64,000 bases of DNA from an uncultured Alphaproteobacteria bacterium (GCA_963756805.1 CAVWPH010000012.1:49742-113741); one strand, 5' to 3'. Shown: positions 29,633-42,482, numbered from the stretch's first letter. Notes: a model not told the origin generated them from the sequence alone. Translations and numbers: made by a program.

Positions 29633-32495
29633 CTACTGTCCCAGCCGCTCGAGCAGCGCCGGGATATGCACCTGGTCGGCTTTGTAGTTGCCGGTGAGCG
29701 CGTACATCACGATGTTGACGCCGGCGCGGAAGGCCAAGTCGCGCTGGCGCGGCTCGCCCGGCACCAAGGGCAGCATCGGCTGGCCGTCGGGCCGCATGGC
29801 CCAGGCGCCGGCCATATCGTTGGACGTGATCAGGATCGATGACACGCCGTCGCCGGCGCGCGCCGGGCGATTGCTCTCGTCATCGGTTTCCGCCGGCAGC
29901 GCCTCGACCCAAAGCTGGCCGGAAGTGAAGCGGCCGGGGAAGTCGCGCAGCAAGAAGAAAGTCTTGGTCAGCACATGATCGTGCTGCACCGGCTCGAGCT
30001 CGGGTATGTCGAGCGAGGAGAGGATCGCGCGCAGCGCCACCATGCCGGGCGCGCGGTTTTCGCCGCCAAGGCCCGGGCGTGGCATCGACCGCGTCGCGCG
30101 TATCGAACAACACCGTGCCGCCGCCCTTCATGTAGGCATCGATGCGGTCGAGCGCGGTCTGCGACGGCTTGGGTTGCCCCGGCACCACCGCCCAGTAGAT
30201 CAGCGGGAAGAAGGCAAGTTCGTCGCGCGCCGGATCAAGCCCCATCGGCTCGCCGGCTTCGAGCGCGGTGCGCTGGGCCATGAACAGCGAAAGTCCCTGC
30301 AATCCGGCTTTGGTGACGGCGTCGACTTCCGCATCGCCGGTGATGATGTAGGCCAGATGCGTTTGTTGCGTCGCCTTGATGGCGAAGTCCCGCTGCTGCG
30401 CGGTAAGCTGCGGCGGCTGTGCTTGTGCCTGTTTGGTTTGTGCCCGCGCCGGATCGGGCCACGCCAAGGCCGCGAGCGCAGCAATCGCGAGCAGTGCCGC
30501 GGCCGCGCGCCGGCGCATGCGCATGGCGCTGAAGCCGCCGGAAAGCCAGATCACCACCATCGCGTCGAGCATCAGCAGCGCCAGCGCGGCGAGGAATAGC
30601 GGGCCGCGCAAGTCGAGCGGTTCGCCGTGCCGGTAGATGTCGATGCGGGCGTTCAAGGGCGAGACATCGAGCGGCGCCGGGCGGTCGCTGGGCGTGAGCG
30701 TGTTGACCGCGACCAAGCCTTCCGGCGGCCCATAAAATCCGGGCGGATGATCGGCATTGGCGCGGCCGCTGAAATCGGCCGGGATCGGCCGCGCGGTCGG
30801 CGGCGGCACTGTAAAGGCGCCGAAGCCGTCGAGCACGCGCGTCGGCGGCACCGCCTGGCTGGTGGCGGAAGCGGTGCCGCCCGCAGTTCCGGCGGTTTCG
30901 TTGTCGGCGGTGGCGGTCGCGCCGGCCAGCGCGACGATGCGCTTGAGCATCTCGACGAAAGTGCCGGCCAACGGCAGATCCGACCAGCGCGTGTCGGCGG
31001 TCACGTGAAAGAGCACCAGCAGGCCCTTGCCGCGGCGTTGGGCGGTGACCAGCGGCGTGCCGTCGGCAAGCGTTGCCCAGGTGCGGTCGGTGAGTTGCGA
31101 ATCCGGCTCCGCCAGCACCTGGCGGGTGACGGTGACGTCGGTCGGCACGACCATGCCGTTGAACGGACCGTCGCGCGAGAAGGCGGCAAGTTGTTGCGGC
31201 TTGTCCCAGCTCAAGCTGCCGCCGAGGATGCGGCCGCCGCGGCGCAGCTTCACCGGCACCAGATCGTCGTCGGTGCGGGCAAGATGCGGACCGGCGAAAC
31301 GCACCAGCACGCCGCCATTATCGATCCATTTGTTGAGCCGCTCGCGTGCCTCGGCGACATTGCCGACATCGGCCAGGATCAGCATCGGCAGATGCTGGTC
31401 GAGGAAGCGCGTCACCGCCACTGCGGGCGATGTGCCTTCCGCCAGCCGCACATCGGCGAACGGATTGAGCGCGCGCGTCAGATAATAGCTCGCGCCCAAG
31501 AGCGGCTGCGAGCGGTCGGCGGTCGAGCCCGACACGACACCGACCGTGCGGCGGCGCCAGCGCTTGTCGAGCAGCTGCACGGCTCCGGCCGAACGATCGC
31601 CGACGATTTCAAGGCGCGCCACGTCGTTGCGAATCTCGACCGGCAGGTCGATCACCGCGTCGGCCTCGCGGCTGTTGGAAGCAAAGGAGTACGGCGCCTC
31701 GCCGAGCGGCAGGCCTTTAAGATCGATGGCGTTGACGATGCCGGCATCGCCGCCGCCGGTCTGCGCGCGCAAGACTTTCACGGTCAGCGCGCCGGCCGCG
31801 TTATCGGCGCCGGCCAGCGCATGGGCGATCGGCAAGCCGCCTTCGACGACGGTGATCGGGTGGCTGCCGATGACGCGCTTCAAGCCGGCGACGAATTCGC
31901 CGCCTTTGCCGAGATCGATGCCGTCCGACAGCCAGACCACCTCGACATCGGGCGCGCTTTCCAGGAAGCGGCCGATCAGCGGCAACGCCTCGGTGCGGTC
32001 GACACCTTGCGGCTTGGGCTTGAGCTGCTTGATCTGCACGCGCGCGGCGCCGGCCAATTGCAGCGAGATATTACGGCCGGTCTCCGACAGCGGCAGCACG
32101 GCGACGCCGCGGTTGTCGGCGTCGGCGCGCGCAATCAGTTCATCGGCGGTGCGCAGCCGCGCGTCCCACGAAGACGCCGCCGCCCAGCCGTCGTCGATCA
32201 GGATCAGCAGAGGCGCTGCGCGGCTGGCGGTGGCGAGCGGTGGATTCCACAACGGGCCTGCGGCGGCGATGATCAGCAGGCCGGCGAGCGTCAGCCGCAG
32301 CAAAGTCAGCCACCACGGCGTGCGCGCCGGCGTTTCTTCCTTGGGCGCGATCTCGAACAGCAAGCGCGTGGGCGGGAAATTGATGCGGCGCGGGCGCGGC
32401 GGCACCAGCCGCAACAGCCACCACAGCACCGGCAGGCTGAGCAGACCGAGCAGCACCAGCGGTTGGGCAAAGCCGAGCGGGATGGGACCGATCAC
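29633..32495 (-). CDS. BatA/vWA plus DUF4159 domain protein (frameshift near 30080)
   Basis: BatA-type N-terminus (PLVLLGLLSLPVLWWLL..FPP); C-terminal GVNIVMYALTGNYKADQ; GTG start overlaps the DUF58 stop. Confidence 0.82.
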
Positions 32496-33445
32496 GCCGC
32501 CCTCCCGGGATTGATCGGGCCGTGCCGGCTGCCAATGGTCGAGGACTGCATGTTGGCGCCCATGCGCGCATGCAGTACCAGCAGCAATTCGCTCGCCGGG
32601 CGGTCGGTGCGATGGATGGCGAAGCTCCAGCCGCGCAAATCGGTCTCGGCGCGGATCGCCGCGCGGTGGCGCGCGACCAGGCCTTGGTAGTCGTTGCGCC
32701 AGACCTCGGCGCGGCCGGCGGTGACGGACCCGCCGCCCTCCGGCTCGATGAATTCGACGCGGCCCGAATAAGGGAAGCTTTCCTCGGCCGGATCGACGAT
32801 CTGCACCACATGGCCGTGCGCGCCGCTGGCGGAAAGCTGGCCAATGGTGTTCTGCACCTCGGCGATCGGGCTCCACAGGTCGGACAACACCACGATCTCC
32901 GACAGCGGCGAGGGCGCAAACGATGGCGGCAGGCTGGCGCGCTGCGAGGAATCGAGCAGGATCGCCTGCGCCATTTTCTCGATCACGTTGCGGTTGGCGG
33001 TCGGCCGCAACAGGCCCGGAATGCCGACGCGCTCGCCGCCCTGCACCAGCACTTCGGCCAGCGCAAAGGCCACAACAAGCGTGCGCTCGAGCTTGCTGTC
33101 GGTGACGAGCGGAGACGCAAACGCCATCGATGGCGAGCGGTCGGGCCAGATCCAGATGGTGTGCGAGGCTTCCCATTCGCGCTCGCGCACATAGAGATGA
33201 TCGTCGCGCGCCGAGCGCCGCCAGTCGACGTTGGACGCGGGCTCGCCCGACATGAAGCGGCGATACTGCCAGAAATTCTCACCGGGACCGGCGCGGCGGC
33301 GGCCGTGCAGTCCGTGAATGACGGTGGTTGCGACCCGGCGCGCTTCCAGGATCAGCCGCGGCATGGCGTCGGCCAGCGTGCGGCCGCTACCGGTCGCTTG
33401 CCGTACTGCCGTGGACTCGATGTCGCTGAGCCTGGGCTCCGCCAT
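32492..33445 (-). CDS. DUF58 domain protein
   Basis: GLHGRRRAGPGENFWQYR, VDWRRSAR, DRSPSM. Confidence 0.88.
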   Translation of the reverse strand: MAEPRLSDIESTAVRQATGSGRTLADAMPRLILEARRVATTVIHGLHGRRRAGPGENFWQYRRFMSGEPASNVDWRRSARDDHLYVREREWEASHTIWIWPDRSPSMAFASPLVTDSKLERTLVVAFALAEVLVQGGERVGIPGLLRPTANRNVIEKMAQAILLDSSQRASLPPSFAPSPLSEIVVLSDLWSPIAEVQNTIGQLSASGAHGHVVQIVDPAEESFPYSGRVEFIEPEGGGSVTAGRAEVWRNDYQGLVARHRAAIRAETDLRGWSFAIHRTDRPASELLLVLHARMGANMQSSTIGSRHGPINPGRAA

Positions 33446-33449
33446 CGTT

Positions 33450-34461
<1,012 letters not shown>

Positions 34462-34697
34462 GACTTTCGCTCCTTTCAGCGAGCGCTATCGGCCGTCCCG
34501 CCGCTGCGGCGGGTTGGCCACGATTGGGCTTCTTCTATGAGCATATGCAACAAACACACCAGACCGGCTTTCCATGCGCCGGCAGGCCCGAATCTGCCTC
34601 AACCTGCGGCCAAGCTTACGCTATCTTCCGCCACCGGTACGGGTGAGTCACAAAGTTGCGAACAGGCCAGAAGCGCCTGACAAACGTAAGGAAAACA

Positions 34698-35300
34698 ATG
34701 GCGAAGGCAGGGCAGGGACCGGCGCTAGGCGGGCTGGAGGCGATTACCGCATCGCTGCCCCGCGAAAAAGGTAAGGGGTTGCCGCCGGTAGAACAGTGGA
34801 ACCCGCCGTTTTGCGGCGATATCGACATGCGGATCGCCGCCGACGGCACCTGGTTCTATCAAAAGACGCCGATCGGGCGGCCTGCTTTGGTCAAGCTTTT
34901 CAGCGGGATACTCAAGCGCGAGGGCGACAAGTATTTCCTCGTCACCCCGGTTGAGAAGGTCGGTTTAATCGTCGAAGAAGCCCCCTTCCTCGCCGTCGAG
35001 CTTGCGACCGAGCATGGTCCAAGCGGGCAAGCTCTGAGCTTCCGCACCAATGCCGACGACTGGGTGACTGCCGGCCCCGGCCACGCGCTGCGCTTCGAGC
35101 AGCACGTTGCCACCGGAGGCCTGAAACCCTTCCTGCATGTGCGCCGCGATCTGTGGGCCAAGGTGACGCGGGCGCTGTTCTACGATCTGGTCGAACTCGG
35201 CGAGGAGCGCGACGTCGCCGGCAAGGCGATGTTCGGCGTAGCCTCTGGCGGGGATTTTTTCGCCATGGCGGAAGCAAGCGTTCTGCGGGAGTTCGCCTGA
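34698..35300 (+). CDS. DUF1285 domain protein
   Basis: PPVEQWNPPFCGDIDMRI, LVTPVEK. Confidence 0.85.
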   Translation: MAKAGQGPALGGLEAITASLPREKGKGLPPVEQWNPPFCGDIDMRIAADGTWFYQKTPIGRPALVKLFSGILKREGDKYFLVTPVEKVGLIVEEAPFLAVELATEHGPSGQALSFRTNADDWVTAGPGHALRFEQHVATGGLKPFLHVRRDLWAKVTRALFYDLVELGEERDVAGKAMFGVASGGDFFAMAEASVLREFA

Positions 35301-35950
35301 TGGACGCGGTAACCGCGCTGCCGGCTGCGGAATTCTTCGCGCGCGTGCGCGAGCCGCCTCACGCTGCAAGTGCCGCCGGGCTCAACGATGCCAGCATCAC
35401 GCCGGCGCGCGGCGATCACGACGCCGATCCGGTGATGAAGAAAGTCTCCGAGGTGCGGCCGATCCGCCCGGCCGCGGTGCTGGTGCCGGTCATCGACCAC
35501 CCCGAACCGACGGTGCTGCTCACGCAGCGCGCGCAGCATTTGCCCGACCACGCCGGGCAGGTGTCGTTTCCCGGCGGCAAGATCGACAAGACCGATAATT
35601 CGCCGCTCGCTTCCGCCTTGCGCGAGGCCGACGAGGAGATCGGCCTTGAGCGCTCCTTTATCGAGCCGCTCGGCTATCTCGATTTGTACATGACCACGCT
35701 CGGCTATCGCATCGTGCCGGTGATCGCGCGCGTGAAGCCAGGCTTTGCGCTCAAACTCAACACCAGCGAGGTCGACGCCACCTTCGAAGTGCCGCTCGCG
35801 TATCTGATGGACCAGGCCAACGTGCAGCGCCATTCGCGCGACTGGCAGGGCATGACGCGGCACTACTACGCCATCACTTTCGGCGAGCATTACATCTGGG
35901 GCGTGACGGCGGGGATTCTGCGGAATTTATACGATAGGATTTATCGATGA
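35300..35950 (+). CDS. CoA pyrophosphatase (Nudix)
   Basis: AAVLVP, LLTQRA, HAGQVSFPGG, ALREADEEIG, IWGVTA. Confidence 0.88.
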   Translation: MDAVTALPAAEFFARVREPPHAASAAGLNDASITPARGDHDADPVMKKVSEVRPIRPAAVLVPVIDHPEPTVLLTQRAQHLPDHAGQVSFPGGKIDKTDNSPLASALREADEEIGLERSFIEPLGYLDLYMTTLGYRIVPVIARVKPGFALKLNTSEVDATFEVPLAYLMDQANVQRHSRDWQGMTRHYYAITFGEHYIWGVTAGILRNLYDRIYR

Positions 35951-36214
35951 TCCGCCCGGCATTCACCGAAATCATCTTGTTCCTGGCGCCGTTCGTGCTC
36001 TACGCGGTGTTCCTGTGGGCGACCAAGGCCAACGTGATGGAGTGGCAATCCTGGCCGCTGCCGCGCATTGCTCTCGCTCGCCATCATCGCGATGGTGCTG
36101 ATGATCGGCAGCTTCATCTATTTCGCGCATTTCTCCGGCGTGCCGCCGGGCACCACTTACGTGCCCGCGCATCTCGACGAGAACGGCAAATTCGTGCCGG
36201 CGCAGACCAAATGA
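35947..36214 (+). CDS. Small membrane protein (DUF6111-like; frameshift near 36075)
   Basis: MIRPAFTEIILFLAPF; second frame gives YVPAHLDENGKFVP and a TGA overlapping the cca ATG. Confidence 0.7.
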
Positions 36215-37458
36215 CCGTCGGCCGCACGGATCGCAAACTCACTAACGCGCCTTGGCTCATAGGCGGCGCGCTGCCGCGCCTGCTCGACGTGCTCGATCGC
36301 GACGGCGAAGAAGCGCGCGTGGTCGGCGGCGCGGTGCGCAATGCGCTGCTCGATATGCCGATTCATGAAATCGACGTTGCCACCACCGCGGTGCCGGAGG
36401 AGGTGGTGCGCCGCGTCACCGCCGCAGGCTTCAAGCCGGTGCCGACCGGCATCGAGCACGGCACCGTCACCGTGGTGATCGACAAGAATCCTTTCGAGGT
36501 GACCACGCTGCGCAAGGACATCGAGACCGATGGGCGCCATGCGAAAGTCGCCTTCGGCCGCGACTGGAAGGCGGACGCCGAGCGGCGCGATTTCACCATC
36601 AATGCGCTGTCCGTGACGCGCGATGCGACGGTCTACGATTATGTCGGCGGGCTTAACGATTTGGCGGCGCGCCGCGTGCGCTTCATCGGCGATCCGAAAA
36701 AGCGCATCGAGGAAGACTATTTGCGCATCTTGCGCTTTTTCCGTTTTCACGCCGCCTACGGCACGGCCGAACATCCGGACGCGGAAGGCCTTGCCGCCTG
36801 CATCGCCGGCCGCGACGGGCTCGACCAGTTGTCGCGCGAACGCGTGCGCATGGAGACGATCAAATTGCTGGTGGCGCCGCACGCGGTGCCGACGCTTGTG
36901 GCGATGACCGACGCAGGGCTGCTGCTGCGCGTGTTGGGAGGCGTCAGTTACCTGGCGAGCTTCGAGAACATGGCCAAGGCCGAAGCGGCCATCGGCGTTG
37001 CGGGCGATCCCGTGCGCCGGCTCGGCGCGCTCGGCGTCATGGTGGCGGAGGACGCCGAGCGGCTATGGCAGAAGCTGCGCCTCACCAATGCCGAGCACGA
37101 GCGGCTGGCCTCGATGGCGGAAGGCTGGCGGCGCATGTCGCGCGACCTGAGCGAAGGCAAGACGCGCGCGCTGCTCTACAAACTGGGGCCCGAGCATTTC
37201 ACCGATCACGCGTTGCTGGCCTGGGCGCGTTCGGACGCGGGCGCCGCCGATACGGCATGGCACGCGCTCGCCACCTTGCCGCAGCGCTGGATCGCGCCGG
37301 TGTTTCCGCTCAAGGCCGCCGACTTCATCAAGCGCGGCGTCGAAAAAGGCCCGGCGCTGGGCGCGGCGCTCGCCGCGGCGGAAAAGGCCTGGATCGCGGC
37401 GGGGTTTCCTCTCGATGCAAGAGCGCTCGAAGCGATCGCGGATGCCGCGGCCGCATGA
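36211..37458 (+). CDS. cca: CCA tRNA nucleotidyltransferase
   Basis: VGGAVRN, EIDVAT, EVTTLR, RRDFTINA, EDYLRILRFFRF. Confidence 0.92.
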   Translation: MTVGRTDRKLTNAPWLIGGALPRLLDVLDRDGEEARVVGGAVRNALLDMPIHEIDVATTAVPEEVVRRVTAAGFKPVPTGIEHGTVTVVIDKNPFEVTTLRKDIETDGRHAKVAFGRDWKADAERRDFTINALSVTRDATVYDYVGGLNDLAARRVRFIGDPKKRIEEDYLRILRFFRFHAAYGTAEHPDAEGLAACIAGRDGLDQLSRERVRMETIKLLVAPHAVPTLVAMTDAGLLLRVLGGVSYLASFENMAKAEAAIGVAGDPVRRLGALGVMVAEDAERLWQKLRLTNAEHERLASMAEGWRRMSRDLSEGKTRALLYKLGPEHFTDHALLAWARSDAGAADTAWHALATLPQRWIAPVFPLKAADFIKRGVEKGPALGAALAAAEKAWIAAGFPLDARALEAIADAAAA

Positions 37459-38213
37459 CCATCCTTTCCGGCTTTGCCGACATTTCCCTCTGGCAGCTCG
37501 CGCTGGTCGCGGTTGTTGCCTTTATCGCTTCTTTGGTCGGCGGCGTGTCGGGCTATGGCACCGGCGCGCTGATGCCGCTGGTGCTGGTGCCGATGGTGGG
37601 CGCCGAACCGGTGGTGCCGATCATCGCCATCTCGGCGCTGTTCACTAATTCAAGCCGCGTCACCGCCTTTCTCAAATATGCCGACTGGCGGCGCGCCGGC
37701 ATTGTGCTCGCCGGCGCGGTGCCGACCTGCGTGCTCGGCTCCTGGGGCTATACCCGGCTCACCAACACGGGCGCGGCGCTGGTGATCGGCACGATGCTCA
37801 TTCTCAGCGTGCCGCTGCGGCGCCTGCTCAAGCGTCACGACGTCAAGGTCGGCGACCGCGGCTTGGCGGTCGGCGCAGTCGGCTACGGCGTCGTGGTCGG
37901 CGGCACCGCCGGATCGGGCGTGATCCTGCTCTCGCTGCTGATGGCGGCGGGCGTGCAAGGGGCGGGCGTCATCGCCACCGACGCCGCGATATCGATCGTC
38001 ATCGGCATCGTGAAGACATCCGTGTTCGGGTTCGCCGGCGTGCTGAACGCGCAGGTGGTGGCCTTCGCATTGTTGATCGGGATCATCGCGCTGCCGGGCG
38101 CGTTTCTGGCGCGCGCCTTCGTCGAGCGCATGCCGCTGCATGTGCACACCGCGATTTTGGATGCGGTGGTCTTGATCGGCGGCGTGGTGATGGTGGTAGG
38201 CGCTTTACGCTGA
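37455..38213 (+). CDS. Sulfite exporter TauE/SafE family protein
   Basis: Multi-pass hydrophobic protein, GGVSGYGTG motif; ATG overlaps the cca stop. Confidence 0.8.
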   Translation: MTILSGFADISLWQLALVAVVAFIASLVGGVSGYGTGALMPLVLVPMVGAEPVVPIIAISALFTNSSRVTAFLKYADWRRAGIVLAGAVPTCVLGSWGYTRLTNTGAALVIGTMLILSVPLRRLLKRHDVKVGDRGLAVGAVGYGVVVGGTAGSGVILLSLLMAAGVQGAGVIATDAAISIVIGIVKTSVFGFAGVLNAQVVAFALLIGIIALPGAFLARAFVERMPLHVHTAILDAVVLIGGVVMVVGALR

Positions 38214-38215
38214 GA

Positions 38216-39104
38216 TCAAGGCCACTTCACCAGCGGCGGCATGGACGACAGGATCGACTCCACATTGCCGCCGGTCTTGAGCCCGAAAATCGTGCCGCGG
38301 TCGTAAAGCAAATTGAATTCCACGTAGCGGCCGCGGCGGATCAATTGCTCCTCGCGCTCGGCCTCGCTCCAGGGCGCGGCGAAGTTTTTCTTCACCAGCT
38401 CCGGATAGATTTTGCGGAAGGCGCGGCCGACGCTTTGCGTGAAGGCGAAGGTCTCGTCCCAATCGGTTTCCAGATAATCGTAGAAAATGCCGCCGATGCC
38501 GCGCGGCTCGTTGCGGTGCTTCAAGTGGAAATACTCGTCGCACCATTTTTTGTATTTCTCGTAAGGCGCGACTTTTGCATGCGCGTCGCAGGCAGCCTGC
38601 ATGGCGGCGTGGAAGGCGATCGTGTCGGGGTCGCTTTGCGTGCGGCGCTTGTCGAGCACCGGCGTCAAATCGGCGCCGCCGCCGAACCAGGATTTCGAGG
38701 TCACGACAAATCTTGTGTTCATGTGCACCGCCGGCACATGCGGATTGTGCGGATGCGCGATCAGCGAAATGCCGGAGGCCCAGAAGTTGGGGTTGTCGGC
38801 CGCACCCGGGATTTCCTTGCGGAATTCCGGCGCGAACTCGCCATGCACGGTCGAGCAATGCACGCCGACTTTTTCGAATACGCGCCCGCGCATCAGCGCC
38901 ATCACGCCGCCGCCGCCAGGTTTGCCGGAATGGTCGGTGCGGCTCCAGGGCGTGCGGATGAAACGGCCGGGCTTGCGTTCGGCAAGCGGTGCGGTTTTCG
39001 GCAGCGCGTCCTCGACCGCTTCGAGGTCCGCGCAAATATCGTCGCGCAGCGTCTCGAACCAGGCGCGCGCGCGGGTCTTGCGTTGTTCGATGTCGCTCGC
39101 TCAT
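38216..39104 (-). CDS. hemF: Oxygen-dependent coproporphyrinogen III oxidase (frameshift just after the start codon)
   Basis: [36 protein letters not shown]; frame stays open upstream to [14 protein letters not shown]. Confidence 0.92.
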
Positions 39105-39117
39105 GGCGGCAATGCTA

Positions 39118-39576
39118 TCACCGGCCAAATCCCCCCGTCTGCCTCAGCGCTTCGCCGGCCACCATCGCCACCGCGACCGCGATATTGAGCGAGCGCAGGC
39201 CTTTGGCGACGGGGATGCGCAGGCGGGTGTCGGCTGCCTGATGCACCGTCTCCGGCACGCCGGCGCTTTCGCGGCCGAACAGCAGCACCTGGTCCGGCTT
39301 GAAAGCGTGGTCGAGATAGCTGCGCTCGGCGGCGGTGGTCAGCAGCACCAGCTTAAGCCCTTCGCCCCGCCGCCAATCCTCGAAGGCCGCAAACGACCCA
39401 TGCCGGGTGATCGCGACTTGGTCGAGATAGTCCATGCCGGCCCGGCGGAAGGCGCGGTCGGTGACCGGGAAGCCGGCCGGCTCGATGATATGGGCCTCCA
39501 GCCCCAAGCAGGCGCAAGTGCGCAGAATCGTGCCGGTGTTCTGGGGAATATCGGGCTCGTAAAGGGCGATCCGCAT
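39118..39576 (-). CDS. trmL: tRNA (cytidine(34)-2'-O)-methyltransferase
   Basis: PDIPQNTG, RRAGMDY, FGRESAG, RSLN. Confidence 0.9.
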   Translation of the reverse strand: MRIALYEPDIPQNTGTILRTCACLGLEAHIIEPAGFPVTDRAFRRAGMDYLDQVAITRHGSFAAFEDWRRGEGLKLVLLTTAAERSYLDHAFKPDQVLLFGRESAGVPETVHQAADTRLRIPVAKGLRSLNIAVAVAMVAGEALRQTGGFGR

Positions 39577-39819
39577 CGGCTTTGCCTGTGAATTTCCGAG
39601 GGCTAAATCGCTCTAGACGAACGGTTTATGCGACTTATGGGCGCTGCGCGGATAGCGGGCTTGCGCTATTACCGCAAGGGTGCCAATAAAACGCCACCGC
39701 AGCGCCGTTCCGCTCTCAGGGACTGCCGCAAGCGGTCCGCCCCGCCACCGCGGGACTTTATGTCCACGGTTCCAGCCGCGGGCGGATGACTAAGCCAGCC
39801 GGGGGAGAGGGCTCTAGAC

Positions 39820-40370
39820 GTGACGACCGTGTCTTCGGCGGGGCATTCGCGCCGCGACTTTCTCTACATTGCCACCGGCGCCGTCGGCGCGGTGGGTGCG
39901 GCGGCGGCTTTGGTGCCGCTGATCGGGCAAATGAACCCGGACGCCTCCACGATCGCGGCGGGCGCGCCGGTCGACGTCGATCTCGCGCCGATCGCCGACG
40001 GACAAATCGTCAAGGTGTTCTGGCGCTCCAAGCCGATCTTCATTTTCCACCGCACCAAGAAAGAGATCGACGGAGGCCAAGAACGTCGACGTCGCCAGCC
40101 TGCCAGATCCTGAAACCGATGCGCGAGCGCACCAAGCCTGGCCACGAGCCGTGGCTGGTCGTCATCGGCATCTGCACCCATCTCGGCTGCATCCCGCTCG
40201 CCCACCAGGGCGAATATGACGGCTGGTTCTGTCCCTGCCACGGCTCGCAGTACGACACCGCCGGCCGTATCCGCAAAGGCCCGGCGCCAAAGAATCTCTA
40301 TTTGCCGCCTTACGCTTTCCTCTCCGACACCAAGATCCGGATCGGCGAAGAATCCGTGAAGCCGGCTTGA
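39820..40370 (+). CDS. petA: Ubiquinol-cytochrome c reductase Rieske subunit (frameshifts near 40072 and 40123)
   Basis: Tat motif SRRDFL; CTHLGC and CPCHGS. Confidence 0.93.
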
Positions 40371-40398
40371 TTAGTAGAAGCTTTCCGAAGGTTAGATC

Positions 40399-41625
40399 AT
40401 GAGCGGACACTCGACCTACCAGCCGCAAAACAAAGCTCTGCAATGGTTTGAAAAGCGGCTGCCGATCGGCGGGCTGGTGCATTCCTCGTTCGTGGCCTAT
40501 CCGACGCCGCGCAACTTGAACTATTGGTGGACCTTCGGCGGCATTCTTTCGTTCATGCTCGGCGTGCAGATCATCACCGGCATCGTGCTGGCGATGCACT
40601 ACACCCCGCATGTCGACTACGCCTTCAAGTCGATCGAAATGATCATGCGCGACGTCAACTACGGTTGGCTGCTGCGCTATCTGCACGCCAACGGCGCCGC
40701 CATGTTCTTCCTCGCCGTCTACATCCACATGTTCCGCGGCCTGTATTACGGCTCCTACAAGGAGCCGCGCGAGGTGCTGTGGATCCTCGGCGTCATTCTC
40801 TATCTGCTGATGATGGCGACCGGCTTCATGGGCTACGTGCTGGTCTGGGGCCAGATGAGCTTCTGGGCGGCGACCGTGATCACCAATCTGTTCTCCGCCA
40901 TTCCCGGCGTCGGCGACACCATCGTCACCTGGCTGTGGGGCGGCTACGCCGTCGGCAATCCGACGCTCAACCGCTTCTATTCGCTGCACTACCTGCTGCC
41001 CTTCGTGATCGCCGGCGTGGTGGTGCTGCACATCTGGGCGCTGCACGTGTCGGGCCAGAACAATCCGGCCGGCATCGAACCGAAATCGGAACAGGACACC
41101 GTCGCGTTCACGCCTTATGCGACCGTCAAGGACGGTTTCATGATGGTGGTGTACTGCATTCTGTTTGCCTGGTTCGTGTTCTACATCCCGAACTATCTCG
41201 GCCATGCCGACAACTACATCCCGGCCAATCCGGCGGTGACGCCGTCGGAAATCGTGCCGGAATGGTATTACCTGCCGTTCTACGCGATCCTGCGCTCGAT
41301 CCCGAACAAGCTGCTCGGCGTGATCGCGCTGTTCTCCTCGATCCTGGTCCTGGCCTTCCTGCCCTGGCTCGACACCTCGAAAGTGCGCTCGGCGCGCTAC
41401 CGGCCGCTGTTCAAGCAGTTCTTCTGGCTGTTCGTGATCGCGGCGGTGGGCTTAGGCTGGCTCGGCTCCAAGCCGCCGGAAGGCATCTACGTGATCCTCT
41501 CGCGCGTCTTCACCTTCTACTACTTCGCGTTCTTCCTGATCGTCCTGCCGCTGCTCGGCTATTTCGAGAAAACCAAGCCGTTGCCGAATTCGATTTCGGA
41601 ATCGGTTTTGGGTTCGAAAGCGTAA
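40399..41625 (+). CDS. petB: Cytochrome b
   Basis: LAMHY, LHANGA, WGQMSFW, PEWY. Confidence 0.97.
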   Translation: MSGHSTYQPQNKALQWFEKRLPIGGLVHSSFVAYPTPRNLNYWWTFGGILSFMLGVQIITGIVLAMHYTPHVDYAFKSIEMIMRDVNYGWLLRYLHANGAAMFFLAVYIHMFRGLYYGSYKEPREVLWILGVILYLLMMATGFMGYVLVWGQMSFWAATVITNLFSAIPGVGDTIVTWLWGGYAVGNPTLNRFYSLHYLLPFVIAGVVVLHIWALHVSGQNNPAGIEPKSEQDTVAFTPYATVKDGFMMVVYCILFAWFVFYIPNYLGHADNYIPANPAVTPSEIVPEWYYLPFYAILRSIPNKLLGVIALFSSILVLAFLPWLDTSKVRSARYRPLFKQFFWLFVIAAVGLGWLGSKPPEGIYVILSRVFTFYYFAFFLIVLPLLGYFEKTKPLPNSISESVLGSKA

Positions 41626-41634
41626 GGGACAGTC

Positions 41635-42471
41635 ATGACCATGCAACGCACGTTTTCTGCTCTTGTCCTCGCCGCGTCGCTGACGGCGCTCGCCGCGCCC
41701 GCATCGGCGCAGCTATCCGAGCCGGTGCCGCCGCCGCAACTGAAGTGGTCGTTCGCGGGGCCGTTCGGAAAATATGACGAGGCCCAGCTGCAGCGCGGCT
41801 TCAAGATCTATCGCGAAGTCTGCTCCAACTGCCATTCGCTCGAAATGCTCTCGTTCCGCAATCTGGCCGACGCCGGCGGACCCGGTTTCAGCGAGGCGCA
41901 GGTCGCGCAGATTGCGTCCGAATACAAGATCAAGGACCTCGACGATCAGGGCAATCCGATCGAGCGTCCGGGCCGGCCGGCGGATCATTTCCCGCCGCCG
42001 TTCGCCAATGAACTCGCGGCCAAGGCCGCCAACGGCGGCACCGCGCCGCCCGACATGTCCACGCTCGCCAAGGCGCGCGGCTATTCGCGCGGCTTCCCCT
42101 GGTTCATTTTCGACGCGTTCACGCAGTACCAGGAGGAAGGGCCGGACTACATCGCGGCCATCGTCAAAGGTTACAAGGACCCGCCGCCGAAGGGCTTCAC
42201 GCTGCCGGCAGGCGCGCACTACAACGAATATTTCCCCGGCCACGCCATCGCCATGCCGCCGCCGTTGCAGGCGGGCCAGGTGACCTTTGACGACGGCTCG
42301 CCGGCAACCATGGAGCAGTATTCGCAGGACATCGCGGCCTTCCTGACGTGGGCGGCCGAGCCGCATCTTGTGCAGCGCAAGCGCATCGGCTTCCAGGTGA
42401 TGATCTTCCTGATCGTGCTGGCGGGCCTGATGTACTTCACCAAGAAGAAGGTGTGGTCGGCGGTGCATTGA
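41635..42471 (+). CDS. petC: Cytochrome c1
   Basis: QRGFKIYREVCSNCH, AMPPP, C-terminal TM helix. Confidence 0.95.
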   Translation: MTMQRTFSALVLAASLTALAAPASAQLSEPVPPPQLKWSFAGPFGKYDEAQLQRGFKIYREVCSNCHSLEMLSFRNLADAGGPGFSEAQVAQIASEYKIKDLDDQGNPIERPGRPADHFPPPFANELAAKAANGGTAPPDMSTLAKARGYSRGFPWFIFDAFTQYQEEGPDYIAAIVKGYKDPPPKGFTLPAGAHYNEYFPGHAIAMPPPLQAGQVTFDDGSPATMEQYSQDIAAFLTWAAEPHLVQRKRIGFQVMIFLIVLAGLMYFTKKKVWSAVH

Positions 42472-42482
42472 CCGCCGTGATC

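Noticed and set aside
30627-32690. Long antisense ORFs (also 48516-50738, 8339-9622, 62650-63780)
   Set aside because: Shadow frames opposite well-supported genes, expected in high-GC DNA; no recognisable motifs.
29880-33176. 1098-aa ORF starting at 33176
   Set aside because: The first part overlaps the DUF58 gene in another frame and is Arg-rich noise; the real start is GTG 32495.
35947-37458. Apparent membrane-anchored CCA-adding enzyme (503 aa ORF)
   Set aside because: The upstream small membrane gene finishes in another frame with an ATGA overlap at 36211-36214. The fusion comes from a frameshift near 36075.
39820-40370. Programmed frameshifting in petA, hemF or egtB
   Set aside because: No consistent slippery sequence or stimulatory structure at the shift sites, and indels are scattered throughout the window.
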